DNA from: Bacillota bacterium
Lineage (GTDB): Bacteria; Bacillota; Clostridia; Christensenellales; CAG-138
Length of the DNA stretch: 47,714 nt
Direction: 5' to 3'
Assembly: GCA_023458615.1 (NCBI GenBank)
Contig: JAEWYV010000053.1
Coordinates: 1-47,714 of the forward strand
The notes below the pieces were generated by a model. The model had not been told where the DNA came from and searched no databases. It saw only the letters and a program-made list of their open reading frames with translations. Numbering within the stretch: position 1 is the first letter of the stretch; each line of letters starts with the position of its first letter. Shown in pieces: positions 33,832 through 42,469 of the stretch. A program made the translations under genes and the position numbers.

Positions 33832-34581
33832 TTACGACCACGTCGCGCTTTTTCCCGCGCGAAACTCCTCAAACGTCCGGATGCCGCGCGCAGTCCAATC
33901 CGCAGCAAGTGCGAACAGATACGCCGCCGGATCGCGAACGTTGCCAGTTTGGGTGAGCAGCACCGCTTTACGGACAAGCGGGATCTCAAACGGGAGCATT
34001 TGCCGGGCGATCGCAAGCACATCCGGCCAACGTAATTCCCGCTCCGGCTGCAACTCGCGAAAGAGCTTGTCGATCTCGTATGCGCGCGCTTTGAGAGCGC
34101 ATAGATTACACTCTGGGATATCTTCAGTTCGGATTGGATTACGGGCGCATCTGCATGCAATTGATTTCACATGTATGCAAGTGATGTTATCCACACTATC
34201 CACCGCCTTTTCGTCGAGTTCTTCCAAGCTATCCGCAGTGTCTGTACAGTTATTATTGTCTTTTGCCGGATACTTGCTCCTCTTGGCGCGAATGCTCTGG
34301 TGCTTCGACCACGACATAAGCTGCAGGATCGGTCTTCCATCTACGTTGTAGAGGTCAACAAGTCCAACAGTCGACATCGCTTGGAGCGCCTCGTCAATCA
34401 ATGCCTCGGTCACGTTCTCCAGCGGGTACATCTGACCCTTGAGTATTTTCGGGCGAGCGTCATACCGGCCGTAATCGTCCACAGTGACGATCAGGCGGAT
34501 GAAGAAATCCCGTTGAAACAACGAGAGCGATTTGTAGTCCTCGCTTCTGCAAATGCTGTCTTTGATGATTCGGTTCGGCAT
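33832..34581 (-). CDS. Phage replication protein (replisome-organizer/DnaD-like)
   Basis: 249 aa directly downstream of ssb. The N-terminus DSICRSEDYKSLSLFQRDFFIRLIVTVDDYGRYDARP resembles phage replisome organizer N-domains by eye. Confidence 0.45.
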   Translation of the reverse strand: MPNRIIKDSICRSEDYKSLSLFQRDFFIRLIVTVDDYGRYDARPKILKGQMYPLENVTEALIDEALQAMSTVGLVDLYNVDGRPILQLMSWSKHQSIRAKRSKYPAKDNNNCTDTADSLEELDEKAVDSVDNITCIHVKSIACRCARNPIRTEDIPECNLCALKARAYEIDKLFRELQPERELRWPDVLAIARQMLPFEIPLVRKAVLLTQTGNVRDPAAYLFALAADWTARGIRTFEEFRAGKSATWS

Positions 34582-34590
34582 GGCACTGCC

Positions 34591-34995
34591 TCAAAACGGG
34601 ATATCGTTGCTAGAGATATCCGTAAATCCGCTCATGTCTGGTGCATCGCCGTCCTGACGGTCCGCCGCTTCAGCCATTGTTCGTGGCGAGAGGAATTCCA
34701 CCTCGTCGGCCTGCACGTCCAACGACATCCGCGCGGAGCCATCCTTTGCATCATATTGCCGCGCTTGCAGCTCACCCACGACAGCGACCTTGCGACCTTT
34801 GGCGAGAAACCGCCCGCAGCTCTCGCCAAGCTGCCGCCATGCGCTGATGCGGAAGTAATCCGCCGGACGCTCGCCGTTCTTATCTTCGTGCCGCCGATTG
34901 ACGGCAATCGTAAACGAGCACACTGTGATGCCGCTTGGTGTAGAACGTAATTCGGGCTCACCGGTCAGGTTCCCGATAATCATGATCTTGTTCAT
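34591..34995 (-). CDS. ssb: Single-stranded DNA-binding protein
   Basis: MNKIMIIGNLTGEPELRSTPSG...FRISAWRQLGE OB-fold signature and acidic C-terminal tail ending DIPF. Confidence 0.9.
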   Translation of the reverse strand: MNKIMIIGNLTGEPELRSTPSGITVCSFTIAVNRRHEDKNGERPADYFRISAWRQLGESCGRFLAKGRKVAVVGELQARQYDAKDGSARMSLDVQADEVEFLSPRTMAEAADRQDGDAPDMSGFTDISSNDIPF

Positions 34996-35104
34996 GTGTT
35001 TCTCCTCTTATATGGCCACTGCACATCATACCGCGAGGGCAGGCACAGTTTTTCTCGTAATTCAAATGCTCCGGAATTATAAGAATCCTCTACGCTCGGA
35101 TGGC

Positions 35105-35452
35105 CTAAACGTGCCATCTCTTTTTCTTTGATTCGTTTTTACTCGTGCTGTGATTTGCCCAGTCCGCTGCGGAGCGAACGACCACGCGCCCGTCCGGCGT
35201 TGTATTGATCCCGCCGTCGCTGATCAGTTTGTTCAGGTAGGTGACACTCACACCGATCATCTTTGCAGCTGCCTTCTTCGGCAGCGTCTCGCCCCATGTC
35301 AGCACCCAGGATTCACCAATAGAGCTGCTGCTTTGCGCCGCATGCAACTTGGATGTGATTTGCCCGACCGCGTGAGACACTGTGTTTAATCCTTCGATTG
35401 CCGTTGATAGCTGTTCCTTCAGTTCTTCAAAATCGACTCTTGCAGTTTCCAT
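35105..35452 (-). CDS. HTH DNA-binding protein of early operon (excisionase/MerR-like HTH)
   Basis: LPKKAAAKMIGVSVTYLNKLISDGGI helix-turn-helix in the C-half. Confidence 0.45.
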   Translation of the reverse strand: METARVDFEELKEQLSTAIEGLNTVSHAVGQITSKLHAAQSSSSIGESWVLTWGETLPKKAAAKMIGVSVTYLNKLISDGGINTTPDGRVVVRSAADWANHSTSKNESKKKRWHV

Positions 35453-35464
35453 ACACTCGGCTCC

Positions 35465-35704
35465 TTACGCTGTTTGGTCAACCTCGTCCACCGAAAAGAG
35501 CCGCTCTAACGCTACGTCGGGGAAGAAGTCCTCGCGGATGATCTGTGCCTCGTCGAAGACAAAGCCAGTTTCGCCGCGGAGCTTTCCACAGAGGGTCTTT
35601 GGTGAAATCCCCAGCCGCTTGGCTATCACGCTTTTTTTGATTCCACGGTCATTTATCAAGCCGGAGAGCACTTGATACTTATCTTTCCTCACATTCATCA
35701 CCAT
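35465..35704 (-). CDS. Cro-like XRE-family HTH regulator
   Basis: 79 aa; KSVIAKRLGISPKTLCGKLRGE HTH; divergent from the CI-like repressor. Confidence 0.7.
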   Translation of the reverse strand: MVMNVRKDKYQVLSGLINDRGIKKSVIAKRLGISPKTLCGKLRGETGFVFDEAQIIREDFFPDVALERLFSVDEVDQTA

Positions 35705-35724
35705 CCTCGGTTATTTTATTTACC

Positions 35725-35753
35725 AATCTATCACCGCTTAATGCGATTGTCAA
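35725..35753 (-). promoter_or_regulatory. Putative early (PR-like) promoter
   Basis: Minus strand TTGACA, 17 nt, TAGATT. Confidence 0.5.
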
Positions 35754-35796
35754 TCCGAAATCGCGACTATTTTAACCATATGCGGTTATAAACTTC

Positions 35797-35825
35797 TTGA
35801 CTCGACTACATTTAAGAGCTATATT
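35797..35825 (+). promoter_or_regulatory. Putative repressor (PRM-like) promoter
   Basis: TTGACT (35797-35802), 17 nt, TATATT (35820-35825); GAGGTGAG SD before the ATG at 35843. Confidence 0.5.
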
Positions 35826-35842
35826 GTTTACGAGGTGAGATT

Positions 35843-36460
35843 ATGGGATATGAAATTATCAGCACGTACAAGAAGAAAAACCACCTGACAAACGAGGATA
35901 TTGCGAGGATGTCTGGCGTACCGAAGCCGACAATCGACAAGATTACTTCAGGCGCAACAAAAAAACCAAGTTTGGAAACCATACGCGCGATTGCAAAAGC
36001 ACTAGACCTCACACTCGACGATTTTTCAGAAGATGCCTCCAAGTCAGTAATGACACTCCCCGGTGTACTGCCGGTTCCACACATGACGAAAAAGCCCCGC
36101 CTCGGAGCGATAGCCTGCGGCGATCCAATTCTCGCGGTTGAGAACGTAGACGGTTATGACGACGTACCGGATGATATCCACTGCGATTTCACCCTAATCT
36201 GCAAAGGCGACAGCATGATTGGAGCGCGGATTCATGACGGTGATGTTGTGTACATCCGCCAGCAGCCGGACGTAGAGAATAACGAAATCGCTGCGGTCAT
36301 CATTGACGAGGAGAGTGTCACGCTCAAGCGGGTCTACCGCAACGGCGACTACCTCGTACTGCTGTCCGAGAATCCATCCTTTGCACCGATCATCATCAAC
36401 GGTGACCATACCGCCCGCATCATCGGCAAAGCGGTCGGATTCACAAGTGTATTGATATAA
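35843..36460 (+). CDS. CI/LexA-like repressor (XRE HTH plus S24 peptidase)
   Basis: N-terminal LTNEDIARMSGVPKPTIDKITSG HTH. C-terminal GDSMIGARIHDGDVVYIRQQ (Ser nucleophile) and ...VTLKRV (Lys). Confidence 0.85.
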   Translation: MGYEIISTYKKKNHLTNEDIARMSGVPKPTIDKITSGATKKPSLETIRAIAKALDLTLDDFSEDASKSVMTLPGVLPVPHMTKKPRLGAIACGDPILAVENVDGYDDVPDDIHCDFTLICKGDSMIGARIHDGDVVYIRQQPDVENNEIAAVIIDEESVTLKRVYRNGDYLVLLSENPSFAPIIINGDHTARIIGKAVGFTSVLI

Positions 36461-36475
36461 CAGCAAACAAAAAAA

Positions 36476-36506
36476 GCCGCTTCGGTGCGCTAACACCGAA
36501 AGCGGC
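36476..36506. terminator. GC-rich hairpin between repressor and integrase
   Basis: GCCGCTTCGGTG / CACCGAAAGCGGC. The uridine tract (plus-strand A-run 36469-36475) is on the minus-strand side, so its orientation as a terminator is ambiguous. Confidence 0.35.
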
Positions 36507-36581
36507 GGGTGCAGATTAAAAAACCTAAGAGAGCTTCTTTTTCTGCGCCCTCAATATACCATATTTGAGGAGGGCAACACA

Positions 36582-37664
36582 ATGGCAGCGCAAAAGAAAC
36601 GCCTGCGCGCGCAGGTTACCGTCGGCCACGATGCGGACGGAACCGCAATTTACAAGTGGGCAAATGGTCGAACCAAGAAAGAGCTCGAGGCGAACAAAGA
36701 AGAAATCCGTCGGGCACATATCAATGGAGCTGTCGCGGTTCGCCGCGACATTTTATTTGGAGATTTTGTCTCCGACTGGTACCGCGTCTACAAAGAGCCT
36801 GCCTTGAGCCCCAGCTCAAACGCGAGCTACCGGACGGTGTTGAACAAGCATCTTTTCCCAGTATTTGCAGACAAGCAAATGCGCGCAATCACCGCTCTGC
36901 AGCTACAGGCTTTCATGAATAAGCAAACCGGCCGCGGAAAGACCACGACCGGCTATATTATGAGCGTATTGACTAACTGCTTTACCCTAGCGACCGCGCA
37001 GGGTATCATCGACCGCAACCCAGCCGAGGCGCTCAAGCAACCGCGCTCGGAGCGGAACAGTCGCCGCGCGCTTACGCCGCAGGAAACGGCCGCTGTGCAG
37101 ACTATTATCGAGAACCAACAAGACGGCCTGCTGGTCGCGCTACTGTACTATACCGGCCTGCGTCGCGGCGAGGCGCTAGGATTGCGCTGGTCGGACATCA
37201 ACTTCGCCGCGCGCACCCTCAGAGTAGAGCGTGATATCGACTTTGTCACCGGCGACGTTGGAACCGTCAAAACAGCAACTTCCGTACGAACCGTACCCAT
37301 TCCGGACGCGCTGATGACCATGCTGCAGCAGAATCGCCAGATCGGCAAAGGCTACATCATCCGCGCGCCGCGCAGCGGAGAGTATTGGTCGCAGGCAACC
37401 TTCATCCGCCGTTGGCGGTTGATACAGGCCGCCCTACTCGAAGCCGCACCCGGCATTGAGGATGACGGAAAAGGCTCGATTCTCACTCCGCACTACTTCA
37501 GGCACAACTATGCTTCGATTCTTTACCGCGCGGGAGCGGATGTTTTAACCGCTCAGCAGTACCTAGGCCACGCCGATCCGGCAACGACGTTGCGCATCTA
37601 CACGCACCTCGCGGATGAAACGCAGATGAAGGATGCGGAGAAGGTGAGGAGGGCGTTTCAGTAA
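36582..37664 (+). CDS. int: Tyrosine integrase (phage integrase family)
   Basis: SAM-like N-domain plus catalytic region with TGLRRGEALGLRW (Arg), HYFRHNYAS (His-x-x-Arg), LGHADPATTLRIYTHL (His, Tyr). Confidence 0.9.
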   Translation: MAAQKKRLRAQVTVGHDADGTAIYKWANGRTKKELEANKEEIRRAHINGAVAVRRDILFGDFVSDWYRVYKEPALSPSSNASYRTVLNKHLFPVFADKQMRAITALQLQAFMNKQTGRGKTTTGYIMSVLTNCFTLATAQGIIDRNPAEALKQPRSERNSRRALTPQETAAVQTIIENQQDGLLVALLYYTGLRRGEALGLRWSDINFAARTLRVERDIDFVTGDVGTVKTATSVRTVPIPDALMTMLQQNRQIGKGYIIRAPRSGEYWSQATFIRRWRLIQAALLEAAPGIEDDGKGSILTPHYFRHNYASILYRAGADVLTAQQYLGHADPATTLRIYTHLADETQMKDAEKVRRAFQ

Positions 37665-37822
37665 GATACGTTCGATAAAAGTCCATACTCATAGCAAAGT
37701 AATTAACAGTATAAATGTCTATACCTGTTGCATTGCGAAAGTATGACGGGTTGTATATAATGAACTCAATCGGGCGGCGCACTGCCGTCCTTGGTATCGT
37801 TTACATGAGACGGGAGAATCAC

Positions 37823-39325
37823 ATGGCCGAACAAAACTCCGCCAACATCGGGTTTGAAAAGCAAATTTGGGATGCCGCTTGCGTGCTGCGCGGAAATCTC
37901 GATGCATCGGAATACAAGCAGGTCGTGCTCGGCCTGATTTTTTTAAAGTACATTTCAGATCGCTTCGACGCGCGCTATCGGGAGCTGAAAGAAGAGGGCG
38001 AGGGCTTTGAAGAGGATATTGATGAGTATACATCTCAGAACATATTCTTCGTTCCGACCGACGCACGCTGGGAGATGATTGCGCGGGCGGCGCACACCGA
38101 GGAGGTCGGCACGACGATTGACAACGCCATGCGCTCCATCGAGAAGGCAAACCGCAGACTCAAGGATATTCTGCCGAAAAACTTTGCGCGTCCAGAGCTG
38201 GACAAGCGGCGCTTAGGCGACGTGGTCGATCTCTTTACCAACATCCGCATGATGGATCACGGCGCGGAGAAGGATATCCTCGGTCGCACGTATGAATACT
38301 GTCTCTCCAATTTTGCCGCATTGGAGGGCAAGCTCGCGGGCGAGTTCTTTACGCCATCCTGCGTGGTGCGCACGCTGGTTGAGGTGCTAGAGCCGTTCAA
38401 CGGGCGCGTGTACGACCCCTGCTGCGGTAGCGGCGGCATGTTTGTGCAGAGCGCAAAATTCATTGAAAACCACAGCGGGAGCATCAACAACATCGCCGTG
38501 TATGGTCAGGACAGTAACCCGACCACATGGAAGATGTGCACCATGAACCTAGCCATCCGCGGCATCGAGGCCGATCTTGGTAAGTATAACGCGGATACGT
38601 TTTTTGACGATTGTCACCCGCTGCTACGTGCGGATTATGTGATGGCGAATCCCCCGTTTAACCTGAGCAACTGGGGCGCGGACAAGCTCAGCGGCGACAA
38701 GCGCTGGGTTTACGGTCTGCCGCCCGCAGGCAACGCCAACTATGCTTGGCTCCAGCACATGATCTATCACCTCGCGCCGGGCGGCAAGATGGGCTGCGTG
38801 CTGGCGAATGGTTCGCTTTCATCTCAATCCGGCGGCGAGGGTGAGATCCGCAAGAATTTCATTGAGGCCGATCTGGTGGAGTGCATCATCGCTATGCCTC
38901 CGCAACTCTTCTATACCACGCAGATTCCCGTTTCGCTGTGGTTTATGAGCCGGAATAAGAAACAAAAGGGTAAGACGCTGTTCATCGACGCGCGCAAGCT
39001 CGGCACGATGGTGTCGCGAAAGCTGCGTGAGTTGACGGACGCGGACATCGCGCAGATTGCCGATGCGCACCGCGCGTTTGTCGCGGGGACGCTGGAGAAC
39101 GTCAAGGGCTTCTGCGCCGTGGCGACGACGGAGGAGATCAAAAAGCAGGACTATATCCTCACGCCCGGGCGATATGTGGGCATTGAGGATGTGGAGGACG
39201 ACGGGGAACCGTTCGACGAGAAGATGCGGCGGCTGACGGAGGAATTGAGCGGGTTGTTTGAGGAGTCGCACCGATTGGAGCAAGAGATCAAGGTGCGGTT
39301 GGGGGCGATTGGATATGAGCTATAA
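37823..39325 (+). CDS. hsdM: Type I restriction-modification methyltransferase subunit
   Basis: Start at ATG 37823 behind GGGAG. N-terminal FEKQIWDAACVLRGNLDASEYKQVVLGLIFLKYISD; DPCCGSGGMF (motif I); NPPFN (motif IV). Confidence 0.9.
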   Translation: MAEQNSANIGFEKQIWDAACVLRGNLDASEYKQVVLGLIFLKYISDRFDARYRELKEEGEGFEEDIDEYTSQNIFFVPTDARWEMIARAAHTEEVGTTIDNAMRSIEKANRRLKDILPKNFARPELDKRRLGDVVDLFTNIRMMDHGAEKDILGRTYEYCLSNFAALEGKLAGEFFTPSCVVRTLVEVLEPFNGRVYDPCCGSGGMFVQSAKFIENHSGSINNIAVYGQDSNPTTWKMCTMNLAIRGIEADLGKYNADTFFDDCHPLLRADYVMANPPFNLSNWGADKLSGDKRWVYGLPPAGNANYAWLQHMIYHLAPGGKMGCVLANGSLSSQSGGEGEIRKNFIEADLVECIIAMPPQLFYTTQIPVSLWFMSRNKKQKGKTLFIDARKLGTMVSRKLRELTDADIAQIADAHRAFVAGTLENVKGFCAVATTEEIKKQDYILTPGRYVGIEDVEDDGEPFDEKMRRLTEELSGLFEESHRLEQEIKVRLGAIGYEL

Positions 39326-40340
39326 AGACACAGAGATCATCATGTTCCAGTCCGCGGACGGAGCGACAAAGATAGATGTTCGAATGGAAGATGAAACCGT
39401 TTGGCTGACGCAGGCGCAGATGGCGGAGCTATTTCAAACGACACCACAGAATATAACCCTACACATAAAGAATGTGTATTCGGAAGGTGAACTCTTTCAG
39501 GACTCAACTTGTAAGGAATACTTACAAGTTCAAAACGAAGGCGAAAGAAGCGTTTCGCGCAATGCGAAGCACTACAATCTTGACGTCATCATTGCCGTTG
39601 GGTATCGTGTGAAATCCCCGCGCGGCACACAATTCCGCATTTGGGCGACGGAGCGTTTGCGCGAGTATCTGGTCAAAGGGTTCACCATGAACGACGACCT
39701 GCTCAAACAAGCAGGCGGCGGGAATTATTGGAAAGAGCTGTTGGAGCGCATACGGGACATTCGCTCCAGTGAAAAGGTGTTTTATCGCCAATTGCTCGAT
39801 CTCTTCGCAACAAGCGTGGACTACAACGCAAAATCGGATGAATCTAAGCGGTTTTTCCAGATTGTGCAGAACAAGCTGCATTATGCCGTAAATAAACAAA
39901 CCGCGGCGGAAATCATCTTTTCCCGCGCGGATGCAGAGCAGCCCTATATGGGCATGAAGTCGTTTCGCGGGGAGCAGCCGCATAAGGAAGACGCGCTGGT
40001 TGCCAAGAATTATCTGGACGAAAAGGAGCTTGCGGTGCTGAACCGTATGGTTTCCGCGTTCTTTGATTTGGCGGAGCTGCACGCGTTGAACCACGAGCAT
40101 ATCTATATGCGGGATTGGCTGCCGCAGGTGGATGATTTTGCCGAGCGGTATGGTAAGGGCGTTTTGAAGAACGCGGGGTTGGTCAGCCGGGAAGCTGCGA
40201 TTGAGAAAGCGGCAGCGGAGTATAAAAAGTATAGTAAGCGTGTGGAGGATTTGCCGTCCGCTGCGGAGCGGGATTATCTGGCGGCGGTGAAGCAGGCGCA
40301 GAAGAAGTTGGGCGGGAAAGCCGGAGGCGAGAAGGAATGA
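39315..40340 (+). CDS. rhuM: RhuM-family protein embedded between hsdM and hsdS
   Basis: ATG 39315 overlaps the hsdM stop. ...TKIDVRMEDETVWLTQAQMAELFQTTPQNITLHIKNVYSEGEL...YNLDVIIAVGYRVKSPRGTQFRIWATERLREY is the typical RhuM signature. Confidence 0.8.
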   Translation: MSYKDTEIIMFQSADGATKIDVRMEDETVWLTQAQMAELFQTTPQNITLHIKNVYSEGELFQDSTCKEYLQVQNEGERSVSRNAKHYNLDVIIAVGYRVKSPRGTQFRIWATERLREYLVKGFTMNDDLLKQAGGGNYWKELLERIRDIRSSEKVFYRQLLDLFATSVDYNAKSDESKRFFQIVQNKLHYAVNKQTAAEIIFSRADAEQPYMGMKSFRGEQPHKEDALVAKNYLDEKELAVLNRMVSAFFDLAELHALNHEHIYMRDWLPQVDDFAERYGKGVLKNAGLVSREAAIEKAAAEYKKYSKRVEDLPSAAERDYLAAVKQAQKKLGGKAGGEKE

Positions 40341-40400
40341 GGGATTGTTCTGTTGCCTGCGGGTGGAGGTTTGGGAAAGCGGTGGAGCGGTTGGGGGTGA

Positions 40401-41639
40401 GTGGGTATGGGGAGTGATCTTTTTCCAATTTCGTCAATTGCAACAAGAATTACAAAAGGCACTACTCCTACGAGCATAGGTAGCTCGTTTGTAGAGTATG
40501 GCATAAACTTCGTAAAATCGGAGAGTATTACAGGCGCAAGAAACCTCGATCATTCAAAATTCTCACATATAGATCTAGCGACACATAATCGGTTGTTACG
40601 TTCTCAATTAGAAGAGAACGATATTCTTTTTTCAATGGCGGGCGTTTATCTGGGAAAAACGGCTATAGTTACAGAGAAAGATACTCCTGCAAATACAAAT
40701 CAAGCGGTCGCTATCATAAGAATTGATACATCAAAAGCGAATTTCAAATATGTATATTACTGGCTGTCGCAACGTTATATAACTGAGAGCGTCAACGCAG
40801 CATGTGCTCAGTCTGCTCAACCAAACATCAATCTAGCGCAAATTGGGAGTATTTTATTATGGTTACCAAACATTGAAACGCAACGTTCTATCGCCGCCAC
40901 CCTCTCCTCCCTCGACGATAAAATCGAACTAAACAACCGCATCATCGCCAACCTCGAAGCGCAGGCGCAGGCGATCTTCAAAAGCTGGTTTGTGGATTTT
41001 GAGCCATTTCAGGATGGCGAGTTTGAAGAGAGCGAGCTGGGGTTGATTCCGAAGGGATGGAGGGTTGCCCGTCTGGGAGAATTATGTGAAAGTGTCTCAA
41101 CTACACATGATTTCAAAAAGCGCAAGCTGATTTTTCTTAATACAGGAGATATAGATCAAGGTCGGTTCTTGCACTCGAACTATTCTGCTGTGGACTTAAT
41201 GCCGGGGCAAGCGAAGAAGTCAATCAAAAAGCATGATATTCTTTTTAGTGAGATCAGACCAATCAATAAACATTTTGCTTACGTGAATTTTGACTCTGAA
41301 GACTATGTTGTTTCTACAAAACTTATGGTAATAAGGAGCAAGAAGATTAACAGTAGGCGGTTATACCAGTATCTTACTAGAAAAGATGTTTTGGAAGAAT
41401 TACAAGTTGAAGCTGAGGCGCGATCAGGCACATTCCCTCAAATACGGTTTGATAATATCCAGCGAATGCTCATAGTAATAGCGTGCAAAGAAATAGAAGA
41501 GAAGTACAGCTCAATACTTGAGCCGATTTACGAACTAATAGATCAAAGGATTGATGAGAATAAACAATTAGTTATCGTTCGCGATACCCTGCTCCCCAAA
41601 CTCATGTCGGGGGAAATAGAAGTGCCGGTGGAGAGATAA
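40401..41639 (+). CDS. hsdS: Type I R-M specificity subunit
   Basis: Two AT-rich target-recognition domains separated by a GC-rich conserved helix LSSLDDKIELNNRIIANLEAQAQAIFKSWF. C-terminal RDTLLPKLMSGEIEV. Start is GTG 40401 or ATG 40407. Confidence 0.85.
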   Translation: MGMGSDLFPISSIATRITKGTTPTSIGSSFVEYGINFVKSESITGARNLDHSKFSHIDLATHNRLLRSQLEENDILFSMAGVYLGKTAIVTEKDTPANTNQAVAIIRIDTSKANFKYVYYWLSQRYITESVNAACAQSAQPNINLAQIGSILLWLPNIETQRSIAATLSSLDDKIELNNRIIANLEAQAQAIFKSWFVDFEPFQDGEFEESELGLIPKGWRVARLGELCESVSTTHDFKKRKLIFLNTGDIDQGRFLHSNYSAVDLMPGQAKKSIKKHDILFSEIRPINKHFAYVNFDSEDYVVSTKLMVIRSKKINSRRLYQYLTRKDVLEELQVEAEARSGTFPQIRFDNIQRMLIVIACKEIEEKYSSILEPIYELIDQRIDENKQLVIVRDTLLPKLMSGEIEVPVER

Positions 41640-41642
41640 AAG

Positions 41643-42248
41643 ATGGAAAATTACATCTTTCAAGTTGCAGTGCAACATGATTGGTTTGATTACGCTGCCA
41701 CAGCGGTCTCCTTGTTGATGTCTTTTGTTGCTGTTTGGATCGCAATAAGTACCGCAAGGAAACAGAACAAGATTAATCTCTTTAAGGAACGAGCGGATCT
41801 ATACTATTACTTATTTTCATATCTTCACACTTGGTCTGTTGTATTTGAAAACACATCGGGTCCAATAACAATTTCGAATGCTGTCTCAATGTTGGGTAGT
41901 TATTATGAACTACGATGGGTATCTGGATTTCTACATAGTAATTCTACCATGCAGAGCTTCAACAGTGATTACACACATGAATCACAGATTATGCTTTATG
42001 ATTTAACTACTTTAAGAAGAGTGTTTCTATTGTTTAAAATCGGGAAAAAGGATCGAAAGTATGTAAATGAGTTGCAAGCAAAAGGGGCAGCATTCACATC
42101 TTTAGCAACAGCTCTTCGATTAGGGAAATCCAAAGATGATCCAGACATTATAAAGCTTTCTCAAATGGTGATAGATTTCGACAGTATACTTTTGAAAAAC
42201 AGGGATGATTTTTTAAAACACTTAGAGGCACAACTATCCGTGATTTAA
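41643..42248 (+). CDS. Hypothetical membrane-anchored protein inserted between hsdS and hsdR
   Basis: 201 aa, AT-rich, 3-nt gap after the hsdS stop. One N-terminal TM (AATAVSLLMSFVAVWIAIS). No recognisable motif. Confidence 0.55.
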   Translation: MENYIFQVAVQHDWFDYAATAVSLLMSFVAVWIAISTARKQNKINLFKERADLYYYLFSYLHTWSVVFENTSGPITISNAVSMLGSYYELRWVSGFLHSNSTMQSFNSDYTHESQIMLYDLTTLRRVFLLFKIGKKDRKYVNELQAKGAAFTSLATALRLGKSKDDPDIIKLSQMVIDFDSILLKNRDDFLKHLEAQLSVI

Positions 42249-42264
42249 AAAAGTCGCGAACCTC

Positions 42265-42351
42265 TTGCCCTTCGCCGAATCCAACTACGAAAACTGCATC
42301 CTCCCCCTGCTGGAGGACATGGGCTACACCCGCCAGCACACAAAGAAGTAG
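42265..42351 (+). pseudogene. 5' stub of an hsdR gene
   Basis: 42265-42334 matches hsdR 43447-43516 at 66/70 nt (ATG changed to TTG). The frame runs 28 codons and stops at 42349-42351, where AT-rich DNA begins. Confidence 0.8.
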
Positions 42352-42469
42352 GCGTAATCAAAGAGATATTTTACATAAATGATTTGTAGAAACGCTTTCT
42401 AAATATATGGCAGGAAAAATAACTGTAAATGCCGTTAGCAAGCATCATTGTGATTTTTGAGGGTAATAT

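Larger units (their letters stand above)
13814..37664 (-). mobile_element. HK97-like siphovirus prophage core (lysis to integrase)
   Basis: Contiguous canonical module order on the minus strand: Cro/replication, terminase, portal, protease, capsid, connectors, tail, lysis. CI-like repressor and integrase are on the plus strand at the right end. Confidence 0.85.
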
